NCBI GenBank assembly: GCA_951406725.2 | Contig: OX597816.1 | Span: forward strand, 112,592,001-112,656,000 | Origin: Octopus vulgaris | Lineage: Eukaryota | Reading direction: 5' to 3' | Length of the DNA stretch: 64,000 nt | In this document: positions 12,757 to 23,797 of the stretch, one piece after another | Position numbering within the stretch: position 1 is the first letter of the stretch | How the letters are laid out: every line of letters starts with the position of its first letter | Position numbers and translations under genes: made by a program | Notes under the pieces: model-generated | Database searches by the model: none | What the model saw: only the letters and a program-made list of their open reading frames with translations | What the model was told of the DNA's origin: nothing

Positions 12757-12920
12757 GGTGGTGAGCTAGCAGAATCGTTAGCACACTGGGCAGAATGCTT
12801 TACGTTCTGAGTTCAAATTCCACCTAGGGCGACTTCGTCTTTCTTCCTTAATGGCAGTGCCCCAGCATGGCCACAGCTCGTGAACTGAAACTAGATGAAA
12901 TAAACAATGAAATAAAATGA
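12757..12920 (+). mobile_element. Chimeric SINE: family C head joined to LINE-type tail
   Basis: GGTGAGCTAGCAGAATCGTTAGC..GAGTTCAAATTCC followed directly by GGCAGTGCCCCAGCATGGCCACAGCTCGTGAACTGAAAC and an A-rich end. Confidence 0.7.
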
Positions 12921-13227
12921 ATAAGGCATATATGGTCAGTGGGAAGAGAGAGACATAAAGAGAGAACAAAGTAAGGTTTAGAAAGCGGGCTTAAGTTGTT
13001 GGATTTTCATGCACTGTTGATTCTGAAGGATGGTAGGTTTTCTCAAGAACATTAATATTTCTCAAGAACATAATATACCCATTATGTGAATAATCATAAG
13101 CACATTAGCATTCATATGTTAGTATTAACAAATGCCTTCATATACATTTATATATTTCCACACACACACACATATAGACAGATGCACAGGAAACTGATTT
13201 CCTGATTTCCTCAAATGTCTTGGAGGT

Positions 13228-14198
13228 ACTCTGGAAGTAGTAAATAATTTTTGAAACCTAGGTGACTTCCAGTAGAGGAGGATGTGCTGAAAGTATAATT
13301 GCTAGAATAAGAATAGGGTGGAGCTAGTTAAGAGAGCTCTTGCATCTGTTGGCAACTAGAGGTCTCTCTCTCCAAGTGAAAGGAAGATTGTATGATGCAC
13401 GTGTGCAAACTGCAATGCTACATGGCAGTGAGACATGGGCCCTAAATGCAGAAGGCATGCAGAGTCTAGAGAAGAACAAACTTGGTATACTCTGCTGAGT
13501 GTGCAGTGTCAGTGTGCATGTGTGACAGAGCAGTGTATTGAGAAAAAAAGTTAAACATAAGAGGAACTAAATGCAATGTGTAAGAGAGAAAAGACTGCAC
13601 TAGTTTGGTCATGAGATGCAGATGGATGGGAACAGTTATATAAAGAAGTATTTATTACTTAAAGTGGATGGATGTAGTGCAAGGTGGAGACCCATGAAGG
13701 TCAGTCTCAAAACACCAAGCCTTATGAAGAAAATGACAACTAACCTAGATTTGTGGCACATTGTTGTACTCAAGAAGACCTGCCCACCACACCAGAATTG
13801 ATATCCTAAAGCCAAGGTGCCATGTAAAAAGCATTGGTGCTGGTACCACATATAAATCACAGGTATTTGTGCCATTTAAGAAGCACTGGTGATAGTGTCA
13901 CATAAAAAGCATTGGTGATGGTACCACATATAAATCACAGGTATTTGTGCCATTTAAGAAGCACTGGTGATAGTGTCACATAAAAAGCATTGGTGATGGT
14001 GCCACATAAAAAGTACCAGTGGTGATGCCATATAAAAACCACCCAGTACACTCTGTAAATTGGATGGTATTAGGAAAGGCATCCAGCTGTAGATACCAAG
14101 CCAAAACAGACTGTGGAACTTGGTGTGGCACCTGGCCTGGTCAGCTTCTGTCAAAACCCATGTTAGCATGGTAAACAGACATTAAACGATGATGATGA
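13228..14198 (+). mobile_element. 5'-truncated decayed RTE-clade LINE
   Basis: LEVVNNF*NLGD; ARIRIGWS*LRELLHLLATRGLSLQVKGRLYDARVQTAMLHGSETW; RLH*FGH. 3' UTR has TAGGAAAGGCATCCAGCTGTAG and a (GAT)n tail. Confidence 0.9.
13826..14040 (+). repeat. 78-bp tandem duplication built of ~25-bp subunits in RTE 3' UTR
   Basis: AAAAAGCATTGGTG recurs at 13826, 13904 and 13982. Confidence 0.9.
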
Positions 14199-14214
14199 TA
14201 TATATTATATATAT

Positions 14215-14352
14215 TCTTTTACTTGTTTCAGTCATTTGACTGCAGCCATGCTGGAGCACTGACTTCAAGGGTTTTAGTTAAAGACATCAACCCTAGGACT
14301 TATATTTTGTAAGCCTAGTACTTATTCTATTGGACTCTTTTGCTGAACTGCT
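14215..14352 (-). mobile_element. SINE family A 3' fragment
   Basis: TTTTACTTGTTTCAGTCATTTGACTGCAGCCATGCTGGAGCAC is the reverse complement of the shared tail. Confidence 0.85.
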
Positions 14353-14811
14353 ATGAATCAGAAAATAATCCTGGAATAGCTTAACCCAATCTCACAAACA
14401 CCTAAAAATGCTTCTTAATGTACAGTTTTATCTCAATACAGATTAATTCATTGATGAAAAACCTGTGGTTATAAATGTTTGATTTGAACTTAATACTCTC
14501 AAAATTGATAACTTCATCAACATCACTGGATTAATGTTTGTTTGATTTAGCTCTTTTGGCTCTGAACTTTATCATAATCTCAAGCCTTTCTTGGTCTATC
14601 TCTGTGATGATGCCAATGTTATTTTAATCACTTCTAATATAGGCATAAGACCAGAAATTTGGTGGAGGGCATTAATTAAATTAATTGATATGACATCAGT
14701 ATTTATTTAATTGATAATGTATACCAAACAAAATGTATTAAATTATGGATAGAGAAAAAAAACTCATTCAAAATTTTAAAAATAATTAATAATATATTAG
14801 GTAGGGGGGGG

Positions 14812-15135
14812 GGCTCTGGAAGAGGTCTCAGGGAGTAGCGTCCCTGCCTTCCTGAGCTAGTTTTCCACTACATTTCTTAAAAATCGTGGTAGAGGCCTTG
14901 GTCTCGAGACCACTCATGTCTAGAAACAGGTTGGGGGTAAGCAAGGGCATGCTCCTCATAGAAAATCCAACTCCAAAAGAGCCTCATGATAGCAAGGGAG
15001 AATGGCACCAAGCCATCCCAAAGATTGGGGTGGGCTGCACTTGTCTATCTTGATTGCTATGGCAATGAGGTAGATCCGGCCACCCCGTTAACTGGGACAA
15101 AAATCAGATTTAAAACACTGGATGACGATGATAAT
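14812..15135 (+). mobile_element. Unclassified non-LTR 3' end or SINE with (GAT)n tail
   Basis: GC-richer block with GGTAAGCAAGGGCATGCTCC, ending in GATGACGATGAT. Confidence 0.5.
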
Positions 15136-15197
15136 AATTCTATTTTTATATAATTTTCACATTATTACTATTATGATAGTGCTGTTTATAATAATAG

Positions 15198-15372
15198 TTT
15201 CGAATTTTGGCACAAGGCCTGCAATTTCAGGGAAGGGGATAATTCAATTACATCGACCCCAGTTTTCAACTGGTATTTATTTTATTGACCCCCTAAGAAT
15301 GAAATGCAAAGTCAACCTAGGCAGAATTTGAACCCAGATGGATGAAATACTGCTAAGCATTTTACCTGTCAC
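15198..15372 (-). mobile_element. SINE family C
   Basis: ATCGACCCC..TTATTGACCCC..ATGAAATGCAAAGTCAACCT..AATTTGAAC. Confidence 0.75.
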
Positions 15373-18329
15373 ATTAATGATGTTGATTGTCAATATTGAA
15401 GGTATTTAACTTAAAGTTATACAAGATGCAAAAAGAAGGCTAGGAATTGCAGTGGTAAATCCAAAACTTAATATTTTGCTAACTATCAAACTAAGTATAT
15501 AGAACAAACACACAAAAAAGGAATCATACTTTAGAGATAGTATCTGTGAAGCACTAGTAACAGAGGGTCCCTTGTAACACTTACTTTTAGAAATACAATG
15601 ATCCAAGGATTTGTTCTATGGAAATTTGTAACCAATGATGCTGTCATTTCTCAAATTGCAATATAAAAAGAATATTTATAAGCCACAGCAGTTACGTTTT
15701 AGAAGAGCTATTTTGGCCATTTCAAAGCACTCAAATTTGTTGCATTCACTTTTCATTTATTTCTTGATGAACATTTTTTGTCACATTACTGTCACTGGAT
15801 CACTTCTGCAGTTGCATTACAACTTGACCAAATTGCAGATGAGCAATAAAAATTTTGACACCTCAAAAAATAAATGGAAAGTGAATTTAACAGCTTTTCC
15901 CCCCTGTTTTTAGATGGCTACAATGGCACTTCTGTGAATAGTTGCTTCAGAGTCACCACATAGTCTTGGACCAAGTCACTTCCTAGACAAATACAACTCT
16001 GAAATAACAAAGCTATTTTTCTTAATATTCCAGTTATAGTTTTATGTTGATTACTTACTTAGATAAAGCTGTGTATTCTAAATTTAATTAAATCAAATCA
16101 TACAATAATTGTATTATAAAGTATAAAGCTATAAGACAACCTTGTATAATACCCAATTAAAAAAAAGCATTATAATTAGCTGACAGTGTTGTTACTCATA
16201 TAATGATCAGATAATGTTTCTTTGGAATATTACTACAATGATAAGGGAAGAGAAGCCAACAGAACCCAGCAGAGAGTATTTGGCACTTTCTTTCTTCTGT
16301 TGAATTACTACAGAGAACAAATGTCTTCTCTCTGTTAATGGCACTTCAATTAATAATTTGACTATCATGTAAAAGCTGCATGACAAGTTTTAATTTGATG
16401 CTGCAATCAACAAAATGAAAATATGCCTAAAGGGTAAAGATTCAACTGCCACATATGCACACAACATAACTCATTTACTTGTCACTGTAAAAACGAGAGT
16501 GCTACACTGCTCTGAAAATATATATGCTGCTGACCAAAATATCTACGAAGTTGCCGATTCAAGTTTAAGGGTCATCAGTTATTTAAGTTTGGAAACTGAT
16601 GTATATTATTTTATGTAGAAATCAATAACCAAATAAATGAAATATCTTAAAGAAACAATCAGAGAAATACTGAAATAGATGGAAATATAAGAAAACTAAT
16701 ACAATTTAATGATAAGATTTTTACTTTTTATGTAGCCGTGGTGCTGTTTTGATCATAGAATTCTTTGACATTTATGTTCTTGAGATGGTTACAGGGCATA
16801 AACAGCACCACTGGTTCAATACTGTAAAGTACTACAAAACTAAAGTTATCATTTTAGATTAAGAAATGTTCTTCTTTCAATGAATTCTATTTCATCAAGA
16901 GACAATTGACTGACACATGAATAGAAGAAAGCACTTCGTACACAAAACTGTTTCATCTCTTTTAATAATTCTTACTTATTGATGCCTGGTCATTCATAGC
17001 AGTGCTTTGGTTCATTTCTCTTTTTTATATATATATTTTATAAATTCTTTCCATGCCTGAATTTACATCCTAGACAAAACACATTACTTCAAAACTAATG
17101 TGTTTTGTATGCATTTTAACGTATTCTTACATTTTACCAAAGAACTTAAAACAAACATTAAGGAGTACCAATAATAATTTCTAAACATTTATAAGATAAT
17201 TTTCTTTAGAATTCTTTTATTTTACTTTTTACAGAATTCTTTTACTTTTGTAATATATTATTCTGGAAAAACTAGCACCTGAAAATATGCTATAATTTCA
17301 TTTCTTTTTAACCAGATATACATCTCATAGTATATCCAGTCCACATGCCTGAGTGTTTTGGCCCCACCCCCACCCCATTAAAGTTCTCTGTTCTTTTCCA
17401 GTTATTATCATATGTGAACAACTAACTATGTGTAACTTGACGGATTTTGTTACACTACATCAGTCAACAATAGCATCAATATAGCAAAGTGATGGCACTT
17501 ACAATCAACAAGTTCGATATAGCAGAGCTTTTGAGTACTTACATTATGTTATTAAAACTTCTTATTTGGCTTGGAAGATTGAAAGGCCACTGAAAAGTAT
17601 AGTATAGATGTAATTCAGAACTGGAAACTACTTAATAACACTATGAATTATAGACTAGCATTTCACCATTATGGATTTGTTCTATTGATTAAATATAGTG
17701 TGTTAGCTTAGTGAAACATTATCATTTCCTAAGATGTTGAGCTAAGTGTATCCCATCTGTGCTGGTTATGTTGTCCTTAGGATTAGGGCTTGGAATGGTT
17801 GGCATTAGAAGGTAATATATTAGAAATTACTTGTAAAATTCTTCTTAGATAATTTATTATCAAATTGATTGATATATAATATAGCACATCAATATATTTC
17901 AAACTTATGTGGTTTTTGAAATGGTATGTAAATATGCATATATGTTTGTTTACATGTATATTGATAAGAGCAATCAAAGCCAAATGGTTAAGTTTACTTT
18001 GTAAGTATGAAGTCCTGATTTCAATCCTTCCAAGAGGAAATAGCTCTTCTATCATAGTCTCAGTTCTACTCAAGCTGTATGAGTGATATTGAGTAGACAA
18101 AAACTCTGTGGAGGCTCCCAGCATGGAAAGAAACAGTAATTTAAAGCAAACGGTTTTGTTATTTCTCTGTTTCATACTGATTCTATCTGAAGGTTGGGAA
18201 TGCATATGACTGGAATATTCAGCCACTTACACTAGAATTCAATGAGTTGGTAGTTCAGTTGATTAAAAGCCTGCAATATTGAAACTGACTGAACAATTTT
18301 ATATACACACATTGAGTTAAGATATATCA

Positions 18330-19111
18330 ATTGGAGTAGTTATAAAATGGCATGCTGAACTGTGTCCATTGTGTCACCTCCACATCATTCTTTCCATTCA
18401 TCAAATTAAGAAATTAAGGGTACAATTATTTTTTATCCAGTTTGTTTACATGATTGAATAATTTAGTGTCAACTCTAATATTTCAAAAACTATTGAAGAA
18501 AGTCTTATAAATGCTTACTAAACAAAATTGACGTTTTGTATTTCAAAATATTAATTTTACTGCAAGTTATTTCAATATATTCTGGGAAAGTACAAGTTAT
18601 ATGATAAAACAATGTATTAGAGATATAAAATTATGATTTGTCAAACTATTAACTTCATCTTCAGAGATGAAAGATTTTACAATATCTAAATTTACATTGT
18701 TAATATATTATGTTTTGAAAATTTGATCTCGGATCACTATCTGGTTGGTGTTTTATTCTTGGATGTGTATATTGTACCAGATAAGATTTGAGCTGAGAAC
18801 TAAACTGAGGATGGTAATGATCTTATCTATTAGACCACGAAGTTTTGTCCAATTAACTTCACAATTTTAGCTATTTATATTAATCTTTCAGTAAAGGCAG
18901 CCATACTGAGCAGATGTTACCATTAGCATTCAAGATTATCTTATCAGCAAACATTATATTTATTGCTACTTTGATTTTCATAAGTTTCCATTTAGTTCTT
19001 GATCAGTTATTAAAATATCATTCTACAGCAGCACACACCAATAGCCTGATAGATAAGATAGTCGTTAAGCTTAATTCAGAAATAGAGAATCCTAGTTTGA
19101 ATCCAGTCTGA
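18330..19111 (+). pseudogene. Decayed LRR-TM gene 3
   Basis: NYDLSNY*L; ILQYLNLHC (18674); KFDLGSLSG; ILSRC followed by hydrophobic FKIILSANIIFIATLIFISFHLVL and a short tail (ORF 18914-19111). Confidence 0.45.
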
Positions 19112-19288
19112 GATTGAATGCATATCCAGGACTAAGAGAGTTGGTGAAACTGATTAAAACATTATATAGATGTAATTAATGGAATAAAATATTCAATTAC
19201 TGATTAGTAGAAGGTAGCTCTCGTTCAGTGTATACTGCTGCATTAAACACTCTGTGTGTCTTCCAGTATTATATTATACACAAATAGC

Positions 19289-19573
19289 CGTTGCTAGCCA
19301 CGGCCGGTGCCAGCCTCACCTGGCCTCCGTGCCGGTGGCACGTAAAAGGCACCATCCGATCGTGGCCGTTTGCCAGCCACGTCTTGCACGTAAAAAGCAC
19401 CCACTACACTCACGGAGTGGTTGGCGTTAGGAAGGGCATCCAGCCGTAGAAACATTGCCAGATCAGACTGGGCCTGGTGCAGCCTTCTAACTTCCCAGAC
19501 CCCAGTTGAACCGTCCAACCCATGCTAGCATGGAAAGCGGATGCTAAAGATGATGATGACGATGATGATGATG
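19289..19573 (+). mobile_element. Young RTE-type 3' element with TSD
   Basis: GGCACGTAAAAAGCACCCACTACACTC..GTTAGGAAGGGCATCCAGCCGTAG..(GAT)n; flanking direct repeat ACAAATAGC at 19280 and 19574. Confidence 0.9.
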
Positions 19574-19949
19574 ACAAATAGCATGATAATCATTACAAGT
19601 TAGAGATGAACTAACATATGACAGTACTTTAGACTTCCAGTATAAATGCCATTGTAAAGAATAAGAAAGTGAATATAAAATATAAAAGATTGATTAACTG
19701 ATCTTTGTATTGAAATTAATGTATAAATCAACTCTGGAATTTCTATGCATAACATACACACATTCACACAAAAGTATAATAAATGCTAATACAAATAAGT
19801 TGATTTTAGGTATGAAAATTACTTAGAAATATATTTATGACAATATTTTATGAAGCAGTTTTTTTTTTTTTTTTTTTTTTAGCTTAAGTTTATTTAAAGT
19901 CCATCAATTCTATGAGCAAACTAAAGCAGATGTGCTGAGACACACACAA

Positions 19950-21100
19950 TTTACTCTTTGCATAGACAAAATACATCCAGCTGCTCAAGTGTTTTCACTT
20001 TTAGAAATTTATTAGGCTCTGTTATTCAATAAGATGAAATTGGCTTGAAATTTCCAATTTGAGTTGTTTTATGATCATTAATAAAAGACTTGCTCAGGTT
20101 TTTATTACATTCCATATCAAACCAAAGAGTATTGCATTCTGTGATTTGAAGTGAAGTATGGTGTTATCTAAATTGCTCTACAACTTAGCCAGAATCGTTT
20201 TCTTGAAAATTTACAGCTTTTGTTACTAAAATGGTATTTCCCTTCTTAAATCTTAAACCAACAAGGCAAATCATTACATTCTTAAATTTGCATCTTAAAG
20301 ATATAAATCTCCCATAAGAGTGGATAATCTTATTTTTGGAAAATCTAAATCTTAGGTTTGGGAATCTCTTCTGTAATTTAATCTCTTTATAATTATTTTC
20401 AGCAGATTGTTTTTAGCATTTTAGAGCTTTTAATATTCAAATTACTTGATATCCATTAAAGATCATTTTAATATTCTCCCAATTACATTTGACTCAAATT
20501 AATTTAAACAACTTCTTGGGAAGGGTGAATGAGTTAAATAAAGGGTCATACTAAAATAATACTTAAAGATGGAGTATTCATTGAAGAACTCAGATTCTAG
20601 AAATTTGAAGAGTTAAAAGATTGATGAGTTTTTTTATTTCCTTAATTAAGCAAGTATTCTTGCTATTTATTCCATACTATTGACTGAAAATACTTCCTCA
20701 AGAATGCTTTCCTCTTAACTATTTAGGTACCATGAATCTGTGGAAATACACAGCCTTTACTTCATTTAATTTTGAAAATAATGAAGAATTTAGTAAATCA
20801 CTGTCATGATTAATTGGGTGTTTCACAGATAAATCAACATGAAACTTTGATGAATAGTTTTAATTTAGATAATTTTAGAGCTGGAAGTTTGTATCATAGA
20901 ATCAGCGAAGGTGGGGTATCGGGCAGGCTGGTATCAAAAGGGTTAAAATAATGTTGCATTCACAAGAGATCATTTTCAACTTACTCCTTTATGATTGATG
21001 TTGATCTATTTTATTCAGTGCAAACCCATTTTCGTATTTCTAAACATGATTCAATATACAATCTTTGTTGTCTACAATAGCATCTACTATTTAAACTACT
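19950..21100 (+). pseudogene. Decayed LRR gene 4, interrupted by MITE
   Basis: LQLSQNRFLENL (20178); LENLNLRFGNL (20336); ILKDGVF..RNLKS*KID (~20559-20625); LRRCT-like FSANPFSYF* (21014). Confidence 0.65.
20715..20946. mobile_element. piggyBac-type MITE family P2
   Basis: TTAACTATTTAGGTACCA ... TGGTATCAAAAGGGTTAA; inverted copy at 62499-62724 and lone end near 25380-25400. Confidence 0.75.
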
Positions 21101-21305
21101 TCCACATCAAACTAGGGAGCAAGCCTTCAGCCAAAAATTAAGTGCATTTTGAAGAATGTAATCCAGGATCGTTACTCTTGAGACACTTTTGATCATGGCT
21201 CCATTGCATCAGGGCTAACTTTGGGCTAAATAACAGCTGCTTTCCCACCCATTACTGCTTACTATTAACTAATAATATACTTAATGTTCAAGACATCTTT
21301 CTATA

Positions 21306-21717
21306 GGCGTAGGAGTGGCTGTGGGGTAAGTAGCTTGCTTACGAACCCCATGGTTCTGGGTTTAGTCCCACTGCGTGGCATCTTGGGTAAGTGTCTTCTA
21401 CTATACCCTCAGGCTGACCAAAGCCTTGTGAGTGGATTTGGTAGCCGGAAACTGAAAGAAGCCCGTCGTATATATGTGTGTGTATATATATATATGTACG
21501 TGTGTGTATACTTTTGTGTGTCTGTGTTTGTCCCCACCAACATCGCTTGACAACCGATGGTGGTGCGTTTACGTCCCCGGAACTTAGCGGTTCAGCAAAA
21601 GAGACCGATAGAATAAGTACTAGGCTTACAAAGAATAAGTCCTGGGGTCGATTAGCTCGACTAAAGGTTGTGCTCCAGCATGGCCACAGTCAAATGACTG
21701 AAACAAGCAAAAAAAAA
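21306..21717 (+). mobile_element. Full-length tRNA-derived SINE family A
   Basis: A box TGGCTGTGGGG, B-box-like GGTTTAGTCCC, internal (TA/TG)n, tail GTGCTCCAGCATGGCCACAGTCAAATGACTGAAACAAG. Confidence 0.9.
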
Positions 21718-21789
21718 TGGTTTTATATGCCCAGAGTTTTACTTGTGCAACACCGTTCTGAGTTGAGTGCTTACCTACTAACTTACTGT

Positions 21790-22310
21790 AGTCCAAATAA
21801 AATTAATTTTTGCTGTTGTGTTTGAGGGTTCCCAGTACTAACAACTATTTTTATCATACTCAAATTTGCTTTTATAGTTTTTCTCTTGAACCGACTAGTC
21901 ATTGTTTCATCCATCTTAAAACTGTTACAAGTCAAATGGTAAATACACCAATGAAAACATACTGAAATATCACTGTTCCCATATTACCATGATTTACAAT
22001 AGCCACTTCTATAAATACTCACCTGTAATGTAATCTTAAGAGTCTGTTAATTAAAATCTCTTTGCACAAGATATGCTAAATGGAATTAATTTTGAGTCGA
22101 GCAATATGAAACCTACAATGAAGGTTTTTAATAGTGGTAAGATCAAAATATTCTGTTTAAAACTAATCAGATTAGAAGTGATAATTAAAAGAGTTATATT
22201 TTGTGCCAGATGAGATGCAAGCAAATGCTGACATTTCCAGCCTAAGATATAAAAATGCCAGTACCATAAAACTGCAAACATACAAATCAAACAACAAATT
22301 AAGCTCAAAT
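21790..22310 (-). pseudogene. Possible decayed LRR gene 5
   Basis: Signal-peptide-like LICCLICMFAVLWYW..KCQH (ORF 22051-22308); IEVAIVNHGNMGTVIFQYVFIGV (22012-21944). Confidence 0.35.
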
Positions 22311-22699
22311 TTGTTTTCTCATAGATTATTAACTTAATTATTTTCAGCGACTTTATACAATTAATTTATCACCCTAAAATATTTGAGCATAATAATGTTA
22401 ACTTAAAAGTGTTGACAACAATTTAAAATAGATACACTCAGGTATGCCTCATTTATATTTAATCAAAAAACTCTTAATGTGGATATTTAGAACAGTAAAT
22501 ATTCTGGTATTTATTTCTCGTCAGAGGTAATGAATATAAAAGTTAACCAGCCATAGTATCTTAACTTGAAATATTTTATCTTGAATATGCTTTCTACTTG
22601 GGTATAACAATCTTTATCACTTGTTTGTGAGTAATGCTAACTGAAGTAATCCACTTTTTTTCAAAGATCCACTCTGATCAATTGTTCAAGAAAGTGAAA

Positions 22700-23450
22700 A
22701 TGTGGATTATTTCTGCTAATTTTCTGTCCTGGTTTTTGTTTCCAATTTTAAATGCATTTCATAAATTTATTTTGTAGTTAAGTTGACCAAGGATGAAATA
22801 TATACATTCTATGCCACATCTCTTTCTCTAAGACATTCAAACATATGGGATATCCAGAGATGACAAGTTTATGATCAGTTTAGAGGCATAGTAAAAAGTA
22901 TAGCTACAGTTGTGAAGGTGTCAATTTTGTTATTGCATGCATATATGACAAAACTCAAGAGTTCATAAGTTGATGAAAAATAAACTAGAAATAAATTTAA
23001 GTTTATGTTTACTTCATGAAGTAGAGTTTTCTTTCCTTTTAACTTGCCACTACTTATAATCACCAGAAAAATAACTTTATTACATCACTATTAATCAACA
23101 GAAGATAGTTTGTAAAAAGCTCCATGACCAACGAGAATGCATTTCTGTATGGTTGGACTAAATGTAATACTCAGTATAACCAAGTTTATTATATTCATAT
23201 ATATATATATTTTTTCACACTTGTTGTATAGATTTAGTTCTTAGGTTTTTCTGCTTATTGTCATTGGACTAATATTTGTCATTTATTTTATTTCAAATGT
23301 ATATTTCCAGTTCTTTGTAAACATCTAAACTTTCATCTAAACTATCAACCAGAGAGTTGATAATATGTATATAAATATTAATCTGTTGCCTGGTTGATGG
23401 ACCATGTGAAAAAGATATATTGCTGCAAATCATTGAAGTTATTTATCATG
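22700..23450 (+). pseudogene. Decayed LRR gene 6
   Basis: ATG at 22700 gives MWIISANFLSWFLFPILNA (signal-like); KTFKHMGYPEMTSL; AYMTKLKSS*VDE/NKLE (22939); KNNFITSL (23067); KHLNFHLN. Confidence 0.55.
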
Positions 23451-23699
23451 ATAGATAAAATTGTACAAATTTAAAGAATGAAAGAAATAATAGGTCAGTG
23501 TAACATGAGGCTTTTGGGAGAAAAGAGGCTTCAGGGAGAAAATAATTTTATTCTGTTCATAGTATGTTAGATCTACTTAATGGTTGTAGTTTGACTATAA
23601 AGTTGTTTTTTTACTTTGTTTATATTTCATAAATTTATAGCCATTAAAATATATATGAAATATCATGAGAAACCATAAATAAGGAAATCATTGTTATAT

Positions 23700-23704
23700 T
23701 TATT

Positions 23705-23739
<35 letters not shown>

Positions 23740-23797
23740 CATTATTATTATTATTATTATCATCATCATCATCATTGTTATTGTTATTATTATTATT
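23700..23797. repeat. (ATT)n/(ATC)n microsatellite
   Basis: Direct reading. Confidence 0.95.

Larger units (their letters stand above)
9650..17811 (+). pseudogene. Fossil multi-exon NIDO-AMOP-(VWD)-EGF-TM gene (MUC4/mucin-like protein architecture)
   Basis: SPLPYG*YPTDKEI (9679). GT-AG intron 9825-9893. IFALH*/GYIDT..NGRFHFVQY (9981-10055, cf. NIDO IAPFWADxD..GxVyY). Intron 10899-10955, then GLKARC. CCENFANSNY..YYLK (11380, cf. AMOP end). EGF relics: FCHITVTGS/FCSCI (~15776), DGYNGT/CE (15914), NCHICTQHNSFTCHCKN (16444), RG/CFDH/NSLT/DGY/GINS (16737-16810). TM exon DVELSV/IPSVLVMLSLGLGLGMVGIRR 17734-17811 ending at donor GTAATA. Confidence 0.65.

Noticed and set aside
13826-14040. CRISPR-like array
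   Set aside because: Eukaryotic LINE UTR minisatellite with no unique spacers and no cas genes
16738-16811. 12-bp inverted repeat GTGGTGCTGTTT/AAACAGCACCAC as snoRNA or miRNA
   Set aside because: No proper C/D or H/ACA boxes, large unpaired loop, and it lies in a putative EGF fossil exon
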